Below are positions 26,943 through 39,847 of a stretch of DNA of 64,000 nucleotides, piece by piece. Position 1 is the stretch's first letter, and each line of letters opens with the position of its first letter. The notes below the pieces were generated by a model. That model was not told the origin of the DNA, ran no database searches, and saw only the letters and a list, made by a program, of their open reading frames with translations. Where the stretch lies: contig OX597829.1 of the NCBI GenBank assembly GCA_951406725.2, positions 26,908,001-26,972,000 on the forward strand, given 5' to 3'. The position numbers were made by a program, and so were the translations under genes. The DNA comes from Octopus vulgaris (lineage: Eukaryota).

Positions 26943-27292
26943 GAGTGGCTGTGTGGTAAGTAGCTTGCTTGCCAACCACATGGTTCTGGGATCATTCCCA
27001 CTGCGTGGCACCTTGGACAAGTGTCTTCTACTATAGCCTCGGGCTGATCAAAGCTTTGTGAGTGGATTTGGTAAACAAAAACTGAAAGAAGCCTGTCGTG
27101 TGTGTGTGTGTTTGTCCCCCCAACATTGCTTGACAACCGATGTGGGTGTGTTTACGTCCCCGTAACTTAGTGGTTCGGCAAAGGAGGCAAGAGAATAAGT
27201 AGTAGGCATACAAAGAATAAGTCCTGGAGTTGATTTGCTCGACTAAAGGTGGTGCTCCAGCACGGCCACAGTCAAATGACTGAAACAAGTAA
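26943..27292 (+). mobile_element. Full-length tRNA-derived SINE, the dominant family in the window
   Basis: GAGTGGCTGTGTGGTAAG...CCCACTGCGTGGCACCTTGGACAAGTGTCTT (CORE-like)...internal (TG)n...GACTGAAACAAGTAAAA. Near-identical copies occur elsewhere in the window. Confidence 0.9.
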
Positions 27293-27695
27293 AAAAAATT
27301 TTTTTAAATTCTTGCTCAAGGAAACAGTAGCTACTCATGTTGATAACCAAAGCTCACTGCAACACTAGTCTGCGCCCCACCCCCTTTTTTTTTGTTATAT
27401 CATTCTTAAGTATTTTCATAACCACTGAAGGTGGTCAAAAGGAAAATGAATTACTTGATGAAGATGTCATATCCTTCACCAAAAGTGAAGCATTCAGATT
27501 TTTATATCAAATGAAATATTTATCCACATTGTTTTGAATCAATCATGCATCTTCTTGTTCTGAAATGTTGATGATGCAATTGCTTATTTTTAGAATAACA
27601 TTAAAGCAGAAGTGTGAGAGGGCAGAATGTAGCTGATTTGAACATAAAACAGGTACAATATTTTGGCTGGATATGAATGGTTTAAATGCTAAAGG

Positions 27696-27696
<1 letters not shown>

Positions 27697-27731
<35 letters not shown>

Positions 27732-28355
27732 ATTTGGCTCAAAAGCAAATAGCAAGGCCATGTAGGGGGACATGGAGTTAAGTACAGGGTGGTGTTCATG
27801 TAAAGAGTTCAGGCCACTTGAGGTCCAGGGAGGCTTTGAACAAAGCGGTCGTTGGCATATTCACCATCTCATCTGGCAGCTTGTTCCACGGATCCGCAAC
27901 CCGGACGGAGAAAGCTCCTCTCCTTCGATTGAGATGAAATCGTCGCAGGTAGAGCTTTTCGGAATGACCCCGCAGCCGACGCTCCGGAGCAGGAGTGAAG
28001 AACAGCTCTTTCGAGAGGTTACACTTCCCGCTTATGATGTTGTGGGCGAGAATGAGATCACCACGGCGGTGGCGTTTTTCAAGAGAATAAAGGTCGAGCG
28101 TCCTCAGCCTTTCTTCGTAGGACAAATTTTTGAGACCATGAACCAGGCGGGTAGCCAGCCTCTGGACTCTTTCGAGGTGCTGTATGTCTTTGAGGAGATA
28201 AGGAGAAGAGGCTTGAATCCCATACTCCAATATGGGTCTCACCAGCGTGACATAGAGTGGCAGGAGTATGGCTGCTGTGACACCAAGTTGCCCAAGTCCA
28301 TCCTTCATTTAATGGAACAAATTTCTTGTAGAAATTGCCAAATGGACAGGCCTGC
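27697..28355 (-). mobile_element. 5'-truncated CR1-clade LINE (ORF2 C-terminus, short 3' UTR, (TAAC)n tail)
   Basis: ORF 27796-28308 contains LYVTLVRPILEYG, LERVQRLATRLV, SYEERL..LDLYSLEKR.RRGDLI, RGH and FSVRVADPWNKLP, the CR1 post-RT motifs. The tail is (TTAG)n on the plus strand at 27697-27732. Confidence 0.93.
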
Positions 28356-30312
28356 AAAGGCTTAACACTTTAGCATTCAGATCACTCTATCAAATGCAAT
28401 ACTCATTCATTTACATTGTATTGAATTTATCACACATTATCTTGTGGCTTTGAAACTTCAATGATATGATTGTTTATTTTTAAAATGACATTGTAGGGTA
28501 GGTGAGAGAGGCCTGAATCAGACAGTTTGAATACTAAAGGGTTAAAGCTAACAAACACTAGCCATCACCAGCCAGAGGTAGCAGATTCTTAGGGGATCTG
28601 CAATATAACAGAAGAGTCTCTTAAGATGAAAGCAATGGCATGGGACCCATTTTTTATTTTCATCCTGCCTCATACTGTGAAATCTAAGTGTTCCTGAAGG
28701 GCAGACTTGTCTTACTAGAAAAGCTAGCAATAACATCACTCCAACTAGACTTGTTCCTGCTCCCCAGGAATACAAAAACAATCATCATTGTGGTTGAAAT
28801 TACATTACCCTGAAAGGACAAACTCAATAGGTCTCACCAGCTAAAGAAAACTAAATATCAAGATCAAGCTGGTTGACAAGGCCCCTGTTGTCAGCTACCA
28901 CAACTTTCCAGCTGGAGTGGTATGCTATTTCCTGCAGGAGATTGGTCTAGAACACAAACAACTGAAGAAAGTCAACAAGGAGATAGGGATGGTAGATGAA
29001 ACCAGCTACATACAAACACACAAGTTTCCACACGATTCCTGTCTCCAAATTATAAGGCTTTGATCAGCCCAGAACTCTAGCAAAAGACACTAGCCCAAGG
29101 TGACATACAGTAGGGCTAAACCAAAAGCCATGTGATTGGAAAGCAAACTTCTTATATAGCCATAGATGCATCTTGAAAAAACAAATGTGTATGGTCATAG
29201 TTGGATTGCCTTTGATCATACATCTGATTGATCAGAGCCAACCAGAGGTTTAACAGTGACAGCCTAAAACAACAATTAACAATATAGAAGATATCCAGCT
29301 GTTTGGGAAGAAAAAACAACTAAAAACCATCATGAAGCATATCAGATAATTCATGTAATTATAAAATTACTGCATTAATTTTATGGTAATTATTGTAAAG
29401 TCATCAACAGCTGTAGAAAGTTATTGTAAAGCTGAGATATCCATTAGTTATATGGTTTATAGAGAATGAGTTATTGCAATGTGCTGGTGTGACTAGATTA
29501 TTAATTGTTATGGAAATATTCTTCTTCAAAAGGCAAGAGTCCTCTTGACTTGAATAAATAACTGTCATGATACCATTGTACAAGATGTAAATACATCAAT
29601 GAATCTTGTATTAAGATGTAAATACAACATGGAATCTTGTATTAAGTGTATTGAATGACAATGGTATTTGTAACTGAAGGAAACTTAGATGTGTGTTTTC
29701 TAGAGATATACAAAAATAGCTAAAATACTTTGTTACCAAGCTGAAAAATGAGTATGGTATAAAAGGAATAAAATTTCATTCCAAGATCTTTTCTTTGTGA
29801 AACTGATTTAACCCCTCTGTTACCATAATTCTGTTGGGATATACTTTGTTTAAATTAAATTGTGAAAAAAAATACAGAGCTTATTAAAATAACTTTATCG
29901 TTATATTAAGTTGACATTCAAAACAATTTGAAATTTAGTTAAAATTCTCATTTTGATCATTTTTAACCCTTCCGTTAAATTTTGAAAATAATGAGTTTAG
30001 TCAAATAACTTAGTCTATATGAAGCTAATGTTTGGAGCATTAAATTTTGATTGAAGGTGTTAATTAAGAATCATTTTGAAACAGTGAGTTTACATCATAG
30101 GTACTAGGGATGGTTTAAGGCAGATTAGTGCCAAAAAGATTAAAGCCTATAAGAAATAAAAGATGTATTACAACTCTCTGGCAAATTCTTCTAACCAGCT
30201 ATACTTACTAATCATTAATCATATTTCTTGGTGTGGAGGAGAAAAAGAAAAAAAGAAACACCATATCATTGCTCATTCTTTTAAGTTTCAGTAACCAAAT
30301 GGAACCTGTCAC

Positions 30313-30363
<51 letters not shown>

Positions 30364-33300
30364 TTCAATATTTTTGACTTTCATTATTCATTATATTTGT
30401 CTGAACTGATATGGTTCTTTTCCAGTTTTTCCTTCCCCCACCCTTCATTTTAATCATTCTTTTAATTATATAGATTTCATAAATCCATTATTCATCTCCA
30501 TCTTTAATATTAAAGAGAGATGAAGATCATTTTTATGTGCCATAGATATATGATTCTAGTTTACATGGTTTAACTACTTCTGTTGAAAGTAATATCTTTT
30601 TCTCAACCCAAAACCTATCCTCTAGATGAGTAAAGAAAAATATATGGCTTTCCTAGTCTATGTGTTTTGCTGAAGGCCAGAACAAGAAATAAAGATCAAA
30701 TGGTTGACTTAAGGGCTTCTCTGCTGTTCTAAACAAGCTCAATGTAAAGGTGAATTTTCCTTCAAAGCAGCCTTATAAAAAAGAAACCACATAACCCAGT
30801 GAGGAAACTTTTAAGCAATCAGATTTCTTTCAACAGTACCCCTATTTTCTTTAAAAAAGAAAAAAAAATAGGGACCACACAAGTCAGTGAGAAACCTTCA
30901 AAGAAATCACACAACCTACTCCATACAGGGACCAAAAGTTCTGCAATAGACTTAGTGTCTTAATTTCACCACTCAACCAAACCCATTATCTTTAAGACTC
31001 ACATGCAATTTTCAGGTTTTCAATATGAAGACAGTAAACTACACCCAATTACAATGCGTTCCATGTACAAGACCCAACACATGTTACTATACATCTGATT
31101 TTGTTGTTATTCTTGGTGTGGGGGTGGGGGTTTTAATACATTGGTGCTGGACCTATTTACCCATCATCCTAACATGGATAAAAGTAACATTAGACATCAT
31201 TATAATTATGTCACTTCAATTACATTCCCATTAACTATCTAAACAGATGTACTCTTTGATAAATCAAAAAAAAAAAAAAAATTCCCCTTCATATTTATAT
31301 TTCATTAAAAATTTAAAAAAATAAAAGCAAAAACATTTTGTAGAGAGAAAATTTAAATTGAGCATGTCACATCATGTTTTGAATGGTTGATGCAACAGAC
31401 AGTATGTTGTCTAAATTGAGAAAAAAAAATGGCTAACAATATTAGAATAAATGAGAGTAAAATACTTCTTTTATACTTTTTAAGATTTTGTTGTTCCTAG
31501 TTTTTTTCTACACACACACACACAAACCTCGAGGCAAGTACTTAATAACTTCTTTTTCATACACATCAACACACGCATACACAAATGCATGCAAACAAGC
31601 AGAGAGGATGTGGGGTGGTTGCATTCCAAGAAATGCCATTATTATCAGAGATATTCCTTGTAAGAATTTCATCATGCACTAGAAAAAATTTTTTTACTTT
31701 TCTCTAGGTCATCACATTATCACATGTTTAGTAGCACAGGGAGGTTAAATAAGTTAAACTAACAACACTCCTTGTGTCCATTTATGTTGTTACTGTTGAG
31801 TACCAGGTCAACAATTATCAAAGTAGACCTATGATCAAATTCATCTTGGTGCTGGCCATCCTATCTTTTTCAAGGGTGTCTAATTCATCCTTTCCTTCAG
31901 CATTTTCCCTTAATCCTTTTACTATCAAATTTCTGTTGAAATCAGTATTTACTTTTTTTCAAGTTTCAAAGATAATGAAGAATATAGCAACACAACTGTC
32001 ACTATTAATCTGGTGTTTGAAACAAATTAACATGAAATTTTGAAAAGTTTTCATTTGAATCACTTTAACACTTTAGTTACCATATTACTATTAAAATATA
32101 TTGTTTTTCTTTTAATTTATTTAAAAAATAATGAATATCATAAAATAACTGTCATTAAGCAAGTGTTTAGAACATAAATTAACATGACATTTTTAATAGG
32201 AAGTTTTAATTTAGACAACTTTAAAATAGAAAACCTGTACCACAGAATCAAGAGCAGTCTCAGGAAGTTTGGTATCAAAAGGATTAACCTTTTTGATAAT
32301 TACTTGCTTGAGATCAATCACTTTGTTCTAGGATACAAACTTGCTGTTTTTACATTACATTTACAAATCATTAATTTGTTTCAAAAACCATTTTTATAAC
32401 GGTAAGATTATTGCATTGAATTCATTATTTTCAAAATTAATTGAAACAGAGGCAGTGTGCTTTAACAGAGATATGGTAACAAAAGGGTTAAGGAAGTTAG
32501 ATGTGGTTTGTCAAACAACAAGACAGAGGCTTACTCATTGGCTTGTATGAATTTAGGCCAAAAGAAACCACCTCGGGTAAATTTTAGAACTTGATTATCC
32601 AAATTAAACAGGTGGGGAGTAATTAGTTTCTATAATTGATCTAATAGTAAACAGCAAAAACCATACTAAACATAATTACAGGATTTTGATATGTTGTTAT
32701 TAATAATCCAAAATTCAGTTATCTGAGGCTTGATTGTATTTATTAACACATATTTATTCAAGAATCTGATTCCTCCAATTCCAGAATATTCTCACTCTTC
32801 ACATGGCATTATCTTAACTAAATTAAAAGGCAGCAAGCTGGCAGAATTTTTAGTGCATAGGACAAAATGCTTACTGGCATTTCTTCCAAGTGTGAGTTCA
32901 AGCTCTGCAGTGGTCAACTTTGTCTTTCTTCCTTTCAGGGTATCTAAGATAAGTACCTATCATGTACTGCAGTTGATGTTATCAACTTGCCCCTTTCTCT
33001 TCAAAATTTATGCCCTTGTGCCAAAATTAGAAAGAATTATTTTAACTTAATTTCATGTGACAGAATCTTTAATAATCAACAAAAATAACCTTGCCATATT
33101 TAGTTTGCTACTCCCAACACTACAAAGTGAAATTCCACTTAAGTCATGACACTACACCATTTTTGGAGGAAGCTTTAAAGTAATGATAATCCTATAATTA
33201 TATTATTTTATGTTTCCTTCTCAAGTCATGCCAGGCTCATGAGGGCTGGTTTCAATGGCGTATATATTCCCCACCTGGATAGGACACCAGTCAATCGCAG

Positions 33301-36300
33301 GATTACTCATTTTTGCCAACTGAGTGAAGTGGAGCAACATGAAGTGTTTGGTTCAAGAACACAATGTGTTGCCCAGTCCAGAAATTGAAATCAAAATCTT
33401 ACGATCATGAGTCCAACATCCTAACCACTAAGCCACGAGCCTCCACTAATCCTATAACTAGATTCATTTTAAATTGCTGATATCCTTCAGCAAAGAATAT
33501 CATATTTAGCACTACTGCTGCTGCTCTATCTCCACATATTTGACATCTTTGTACTAATGTAAGGAATGAATATTTAATTTCTAACTCTGAAGTCTCTTCA
33601 CCAACTTATTCATATGACTGATTCAAATATTTGTTTTTGAATTAATTAGTTCTTATCTCTATACTTTAGTGAACTAAAAATATGCATTGTGTTTTTGTAT
33701 GCTAAGGAATATGAAATTCCTCTCATTTGCTTAACCTAACCCAAATGTTTTTCAAAGACAAATTTTTTTAAAGGATTTACTTATTAATTTTTTTTTAATG
33801 GGATTTAATTGATCTAAAGAAAGATGTGGTTACAGCCTTTGCAGACCTCACCTAGTCTTTAGGGGAGAGTAATTGTAGGAAGCTCAGGATTTTTATGGCC
33901 CAAAATAGTCAATCTTCAGGATACAACCTTAGAATATCTGTGCATGTTGTGGGTCTCCCCTGATTTTTGTAACAAGTAATTGTAAGAACCTGTAGAATTT
34001 TGTAGCCTCAAAGGAAGGGCAGTCTAAGACTCAGCCCTTAGGATATGAGTGTGTGAGTAACAACACTATTCTGGATATGAGAATGCTATACCACTGTTGG
34101 TCTCTGTAGTGAATAATTGCAGGAAACTGAAGTACTTTCTGATTCTAGAGAGAAAGAGTAGTCAATGGTATGTTGAGAATGTTGAATTACATACAGATGA
34201 TTAAATCAACCCCAAGTATATTACCTGTACTTATTTTACCAATCTCTGATTAGATATAAAGGCAAAGTTAAAACCCTATGAGATTTAAACACTGAATGAA
34301 ATTACTTCTGTAAAGTACTAAAAGACTCTCATCCCAAAAGCATCACTATCTATTTTTTCACATATTTATTCCACACCTCTCTCTCACACTCACACACTTC
34401 CTTCTCTTTCTCACTCCATAATCTCTCACTCACACACTTCCTCCTTTCCCTTACTCACTCATTGTTTCCCACTCGAGCTCTAAAGTCAAGTTATCCAGGA
34501 ATTAAGTTATTCTCATATGTTACAGGATTGAGAATATATCTGCACATGGTTGGGTCCATGTAAGACTTCAGGAAGATAAATCTCTTTCGCAAAGATGCAG
34601 CAATTTTGAAAACTCATTCATCATCATTTAATGTCCACTTTTCTGTGCTTCCACGAGTCAAGGTGGAATTTATTGAGGCAGATTTTGTAATGACCGGATG
34701 CCCTTCCTGTTCCCAAGTGAAAATAATATTTCTCCATGACCAGATATGTCTTAAAAGACAGGAAACAAAGGACACCACTTGCGTGATGGTGACACAACTG
34801 TCAAGGCAAAGATACAGTAACACACACACACACACAGCTTCTACAGTTCTATCTGCCAAAACCACTCATATGACCTTGGTCAACCTAGGATTAAAGCAGA
34901 AGACACTTGCCAAAGGTGCCATGCAGTAGGATTGAATCCAAGACCATATAGTTGGGAAGCAAATGTCATACTATGCAGCCATGCCCATCATTACAGAAAT
35001 AAAGTTATTATCATTGTTTAACATCCACCCTCCATGCTAGCATGGGTTGGATGGTTTGACATGGAGCTGGTTAGCAGGGAGCTGTCCAAACTCCAACTGC
35101 TTGTTGTGGCATAGTTTCTATGGCTGGATGCCTTTCCTAATACCAACCACTTTATAGAGTGTGCTGGGTGCTTTTAATGTGCCACTGCATGGGTGTGTTT
35201 ATGCAAAGATAGCTCCCAGGCCAGACTGCTGATCAAAAGCATTCCAGTTATGACCATACCTCCTTTTTTCATAAGTATAGTACACTCAAGACTACAATAA
35301 ATATCCAATGTGTCCATTTCTAAGGCAGAGTATGTGAATTGAGCAAGGCTTGATTACTGTTTTTAGCAGGGATATCAGCTGCAGAGAGCTTCTCCTTTTA
35401 CTACAGGCCACTGGTTTGTGAAACCAATATCTAAAACAGCTAAAGAAGATGATAGACAGAAGGGTATCTTGATATGCTATCACTGCCAGCAAAATATATA
35501 GACAAGTTATTTAATATGTACTGGATTGTATTTATGTGATTGCCTCGAAAGGTATCAGTTCACTGAACTCCCTTCTACTACCACCACCAACACTACTTAA
35601 ATATCCTACCTAGCAACTAGCTACACACCCTCACTCCCATCACTATCACCACCACTAAAAGTAATCATGTTCCTTAGATAGTAAGCTGCTTCTAGTGAAC
35701 CATTTCAATAGTCCATGGTTTCTGTTTCATAGCTGCACAGCTTGTTTAACTACTCACGTATACCATAAAATTCTAGTTCTCGTCTGTCAGAGATAGCACT
35801 ACACCTTAAGACTATAATTTTCTGCCCTCATTTTCATGAGATCGACTTTACTCCTTTCATTTTACCAGAATCAATAAAATAAGCAAGTATGGTGGTGAAG
35901 CGTAGTTATTTAACTATACTCCTTTTCCTTCACTGTTACATTCTACATATATTAGCTTGTATTACTTTCACAGGTTAAGGCAACAAGCTGGCAGAACCAT
36001 TAGAGCATTGGACAAAATACTTAGATGCTCTTTAAGTTCTGAGTTCAAACTTCTGCCAAAGCCGATTTTGCCTTTCATCCTTTCAGGGTCGATAAAAAAA
36101 AGTACCAGTCAAGCACTGGGGGAGGGGGAGTCAATGTAATCATTATCAACCATTCCTCTGCCCATAAAGTTCAGGCCTTGTACCTATAGTAAAAAGAATT
36201 ATTTTCAATGATGAAGGCAGCAAGCTGGCAGCATCAGACAAACTGCTTAGCAGTATTTCTTTTGGGTCATTATGTTTTGAGTTCAAATTCTGCTACAGTC

Positions 36301-36782
36301 AATTTTGCCTTTCATCCTTTCAGGGTTGATAAAATAAGTACCAGTATCCCTTTCCCTCAAATTGCTGGTCTTGTGCATTTTGAAACCATTATTTTCAGAT
36401 TATAAAGGATGTTCTGAGTTCAAATCTCCGTCAAGAGAGGAATTTTGAGTTTCTCTAACCCTACCAATTTTTGAACTAATTGAATTAATCTCACAGCTAC
36501 AAGATTTTAATGACATAATTTGTTTATTTTAGAATGATATTGTAGAATAGATGTAAAAAGCCAGACCCAACTGGTTTGAACAGGTAGAATACTTGAGCCA
36601 GTTATGAGCAGTTTAAATACCACCAATGTACTGGAGTCAATCTACTTCCTTGCTTTAAAAACATGAACTTGCATCTTTATTTTTTTTTTAAGAAGTCATC
36701 TACCAGCAGAGGAGGGTATTCCCTCAGTATAGTAACCAGATTAGAATGCAGAATAGAAAAAATTCAGTGAGCTACTATCTTT

Positions 36783-37222
36783 GCTGGCAGAAACGTGGGC
36801 ACGCTGGGCAAAATGCTTAGCAGTATTTCATCTACCGTTATATTCTAAGTTCAAATTCCACCAAGGTCAACTTTGCCCTTCATTCTTTCGGGGTCGATTA
36901 AATAAGTACCAGTTAAGCAATGGGGTCGATATAATCGACTTAACCCTTTCATTACCAACCCAGCTAAAACCGGCTCTGTCTCTGAGTACAAATGCGTTGT
37001 TTTCAATCATTCTGAATTAAAATCTTCCACCAAACCTTGTTCCTAACACTAGCTTAATGATAACTAAGTTATTTTACTAAATTTTTTGCTATATGTAAAG
37101 TAATTGAAAAAAACACAGAGCATCTCAAAATAAATACAATAACGAAAGGGTTAATTCATTTGTCTGTCCTTGTTTGTCTCTTCTGTGTGTAGATCCTTGT
37201 GGGCAGTAAAGAAATAAGAAAT
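36783..37222 (+). mobile_element. Meta-domain SINE interrupted by a MITE
   Basis: Head GCTGGCAGAAACG..., then Meta block GCCCTTCATTCTTTCGGGGTCGATTAAATAAGTACCAG. It breaks at ATCGAC|TTAA and resumes at 37151 with TTAATTCATTTGTCTGTCCTTG...AAAGAAATAAGAAA. Confidence 0.8.
36944..37150. mobile_element. piggyBac-type MITE, family 'CCCTTTCGTTACC'
   Basis: TTAA|CCCTTTCATTACC ... ATAACGAAAGGG|TTAA. Closely similar to the copy at 61995-62215. Confidence 0.88.
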
Positions 37223-37249
37223 ATTCTTTCTCGCTCTCTCTGAGTGAGA

Positions 37250-37600
37250 AGCATTTTGCATGACAGTTGTGTGTAAAATGTAATGTTGCATGATAGCAAA
37301 ACATGGGAATTTAATGCAAAGACAGGAGAGAAATGAGGCAAGCATGACTGACAGAGGATAAATGAGTAGAGAGAAAAACTGGGCATAAGAAGAATTTGAT
37401 GTAATGTGCAGGAGAGAGAAGACTGAGCAAGTACAGATGTATATAGTGAGTAAAGAAGGATGGCAGTTGGATAAAAATAAAATGTGCCAAGCAATTTTAG
37501 TGTAAGAAACCTGTAGAAGAAGAAAAACTAAGACAGGGTAAACTTCATAGAGATGACAAAGGGGATCACAAAAATTAGTGAGATACTGTACTAAAGATTC
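37250..37600 (+). mobile_element. Old RTE-like LINE remnant, same family as about 44900-45720
   Basis: Degenerate motifs ...REKLGIRRI.CNVQERR... shared with the 45 kb remnant. Confidence 0.45.
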
Positions 37601-39056
37601 GTTTAATCCATGCAAGAACGAGAAAATTGGCATAAAATGACAGTGTGGTGTGCTATTCGCTTTTTATATTAATTAAGAAAATGAAGTAGACATGAAGCTC
37701 ATGTCAGAAGGGTTTTCAATTTAATTCGCTTGTCTAAAAAGGTAGCAAAAATAAATATGCAAGTCATCATTTTGATTCTTATTAAGGTAGTGAGCTGGCA
37801 GAGTTGCCAGCACGCTGGACAAAATGCTAAGCAGCATTCCAACTATCTTTACATTCTAAGTTCAAATTCCATTAAGGTTTACTTTGCCTTTCATCTTTTC
37901 AGGGTTGATAAAATAAGTACTAGTCGAGCACTGAGGTCGATGCAATTGATTACCCCCCTCACTCCCTGATGCAAAAGTTTCATGACTTTCACCCATAGAA
38001 GAAAGGATTAGTTTGATTCTTGTTCTTCACGATGCATATGGTAATATATTATCAGTTGGCAGCTGTCAACACAGATCAGTGAACAGTTTTCTTTTTCTTG
38101 TTTTTTTGTTTTTTTCTTCTTTTCTGAAGTTATAAACAAGACCATTAGCTCATGTTATTTTGGGGGTACTTCTGGCACAAGACATACATGTTGAAACACC
38201 AACTGTCCTAAAATCATGTTTTAATGAATCAAGTGAGTTATGAACACACATCCATCACAAAGGAAAAGTTGCCTTCTTGAGACAAAATACAACAGTGATT
38301 CGCGTATCACTAAGTCATCACAATTATATTACTTTTCTAATAACATTTGATCAAGTTAAACATTGGTCAAGAGAATTATTAAGGTTATTGAAGTTAATTT
38401 TATCAATAAAGACTCAATCGTGTTCTATATCAACAGAGAGAGAGAGAGATGAGATTAACAGATTAGTGGCAAGAAATGTAAGAAGAGTTTGAGAAAGAGA
38501 GAGAGTTGAAGAGAAGAGACTTTCATACAAAGGGTAATTAAAGACCAATAATTATGCATGCAGGAGTAAGGTAGGGTGCCAGATCGTTAACATGAGAACC
38601 CTTATTAGTTTAGTTTTATTGTAACCATGGCATCTTGCTTTCTACCATTAATGACATGGAATAATTTATGTGTCTGTTTGCATGCATGCATGTGCACACA
38701 CACGTTTGGGTGTTCTATATATTCATGCATGTCTGCACACAAAAGTACACACTATTTTCTCATCCATTTTAATATAAGTGAATTGTCTCTGTAGTACATC
38801 AGATGGCAAATTGTGTCATCTGTCATCTGCAAATCTACAAGGTTCCATATTCTCAGGTCTGGCTATCATGTTTTCTTCCCACTTATTTTATCTGTTACAG
38901 GTACCCTCTATCAATATTTTGCCCAACACTCATCATCCAGTCCCATCATATCCATGCTTCATTCCATCAGTACAGTCATCTTGCCTACAAACATCAGTTG
39001 ACATCCTTCTATAATGTCATGATAACACTTGATAATACAGTTCTATATTTAAGAGA

Positions 39057-39805
39057 CAAGGAATTATGTAGATTATTTACATTTGTCCTCATCTTGTCTG
39101 TTGTTAACACATTTCAGCTGATATACCCTCCAGCCTTCATCTGGTGTTATGGGGGAATTTCGAACCTGGAATCGAACTCGGAATCTTGGGGTTAGTAGCC
39201 TGTGTTCTTAACCACTATACCATGTACCCATGGGCAATTATGGAGTTAATTTTAGGGCTTATAAATCTAATATTTTCCTATCCTTCGTTAATACTGGTTC
39301 CCATATGCTGCTCATATCTGCACTCGATCTGCTTAGGAGGTTGTTGTGTCCTAGCGTATGTGCTACTTCTTTTAGTTTTTGTATTTTCCATTGGTGTTCT
39401 CTGTCTATTATTTTAACTTCATCCCATAGGGGGAGGTGGTCTCCATTTTTCCATGCATGATCAGCTATACCCGATTTACCAATATCTCCTCATGTTACAG
39501 CTTTGCAATGTTGCTCTACCTTTATTTTGAGAGAGTGGCATGTTTCACCTTTGTATAATCTACCACAGCTGCATGGGATGGAGTACATTCAATTTTTGGC
39601 CATATTCTCTTCTATTAGTGGTTTTACTCAAAGGAGATATTTGCGAAGTGTTGTATTACTCTTGAATACTGTCCTGATGTCACACGGGCCACATATCTTT
39701 TGTATCTTTTCGGAGAGGCCTTTCACATAGGGTAGACAGACTGTGGACAGTTCATCGGTTTCATCCTCTCTTTTCTTCATATCCATCAAATGTAAATAAT
39801 GAACA
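39057..39805 (-). mobile_element. Penelope-like element 3' fragment: GIY-YIG endonuclease pseudogene plus 3' repeat
   Basis: Frames read VCLPYVKGLSEKIQKICGPCDIRTVFKSNTTLRKYLL*VKP...MYSIPCSCGRLYKGETCHSLKIKVEQHCKAV...SGIADHAWKNGDHLPLWDEVKIIDREHQWKIQKLKE...IWEPVL, the typical Penelope linker plus GIY-YIG domain. A short inverted copy of the 3' end (CAAATGTAAATAAT) lies at the 5' junction. Confidence 0.9.
39105..39149 (-). ncRNA. Degenerate minimal hammerhead ribozyme in the Penelope 3' repeat
   Basis: TAACAC-CAGATGA-AGGCTG GAGGGTATAT CAGCT-GAAA-T-GTGTTA. Stem I and stem II pair, but the core has a CUGAUGA>CAGAUGA change and the stem III/cleavage bases are deleted. Confidence 0.6.
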
Positions 39806-39847
39806 CTTGATAATATTTTATAAAAATCCTTTATACAGGATAGGTGT

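Noticed and set aside
27696-27732. Telomere-like repeat
   Set aside because: It is (TTAG)n, the CR1 tail, joined to a MITE end; it is not (TTAGGG)n.
27772-28365. 197-aa plus-strand ORF
   Set aside because: It is the antisense shadow of the CR1 ORF2 fragment.
39165-39229. Functional tRNA gene (also considered for other SINE heads)
   Set aside because: A and B boxes are present, but there is no complete acceptor stem or terminator, and the unit is embedded in a retroelement.
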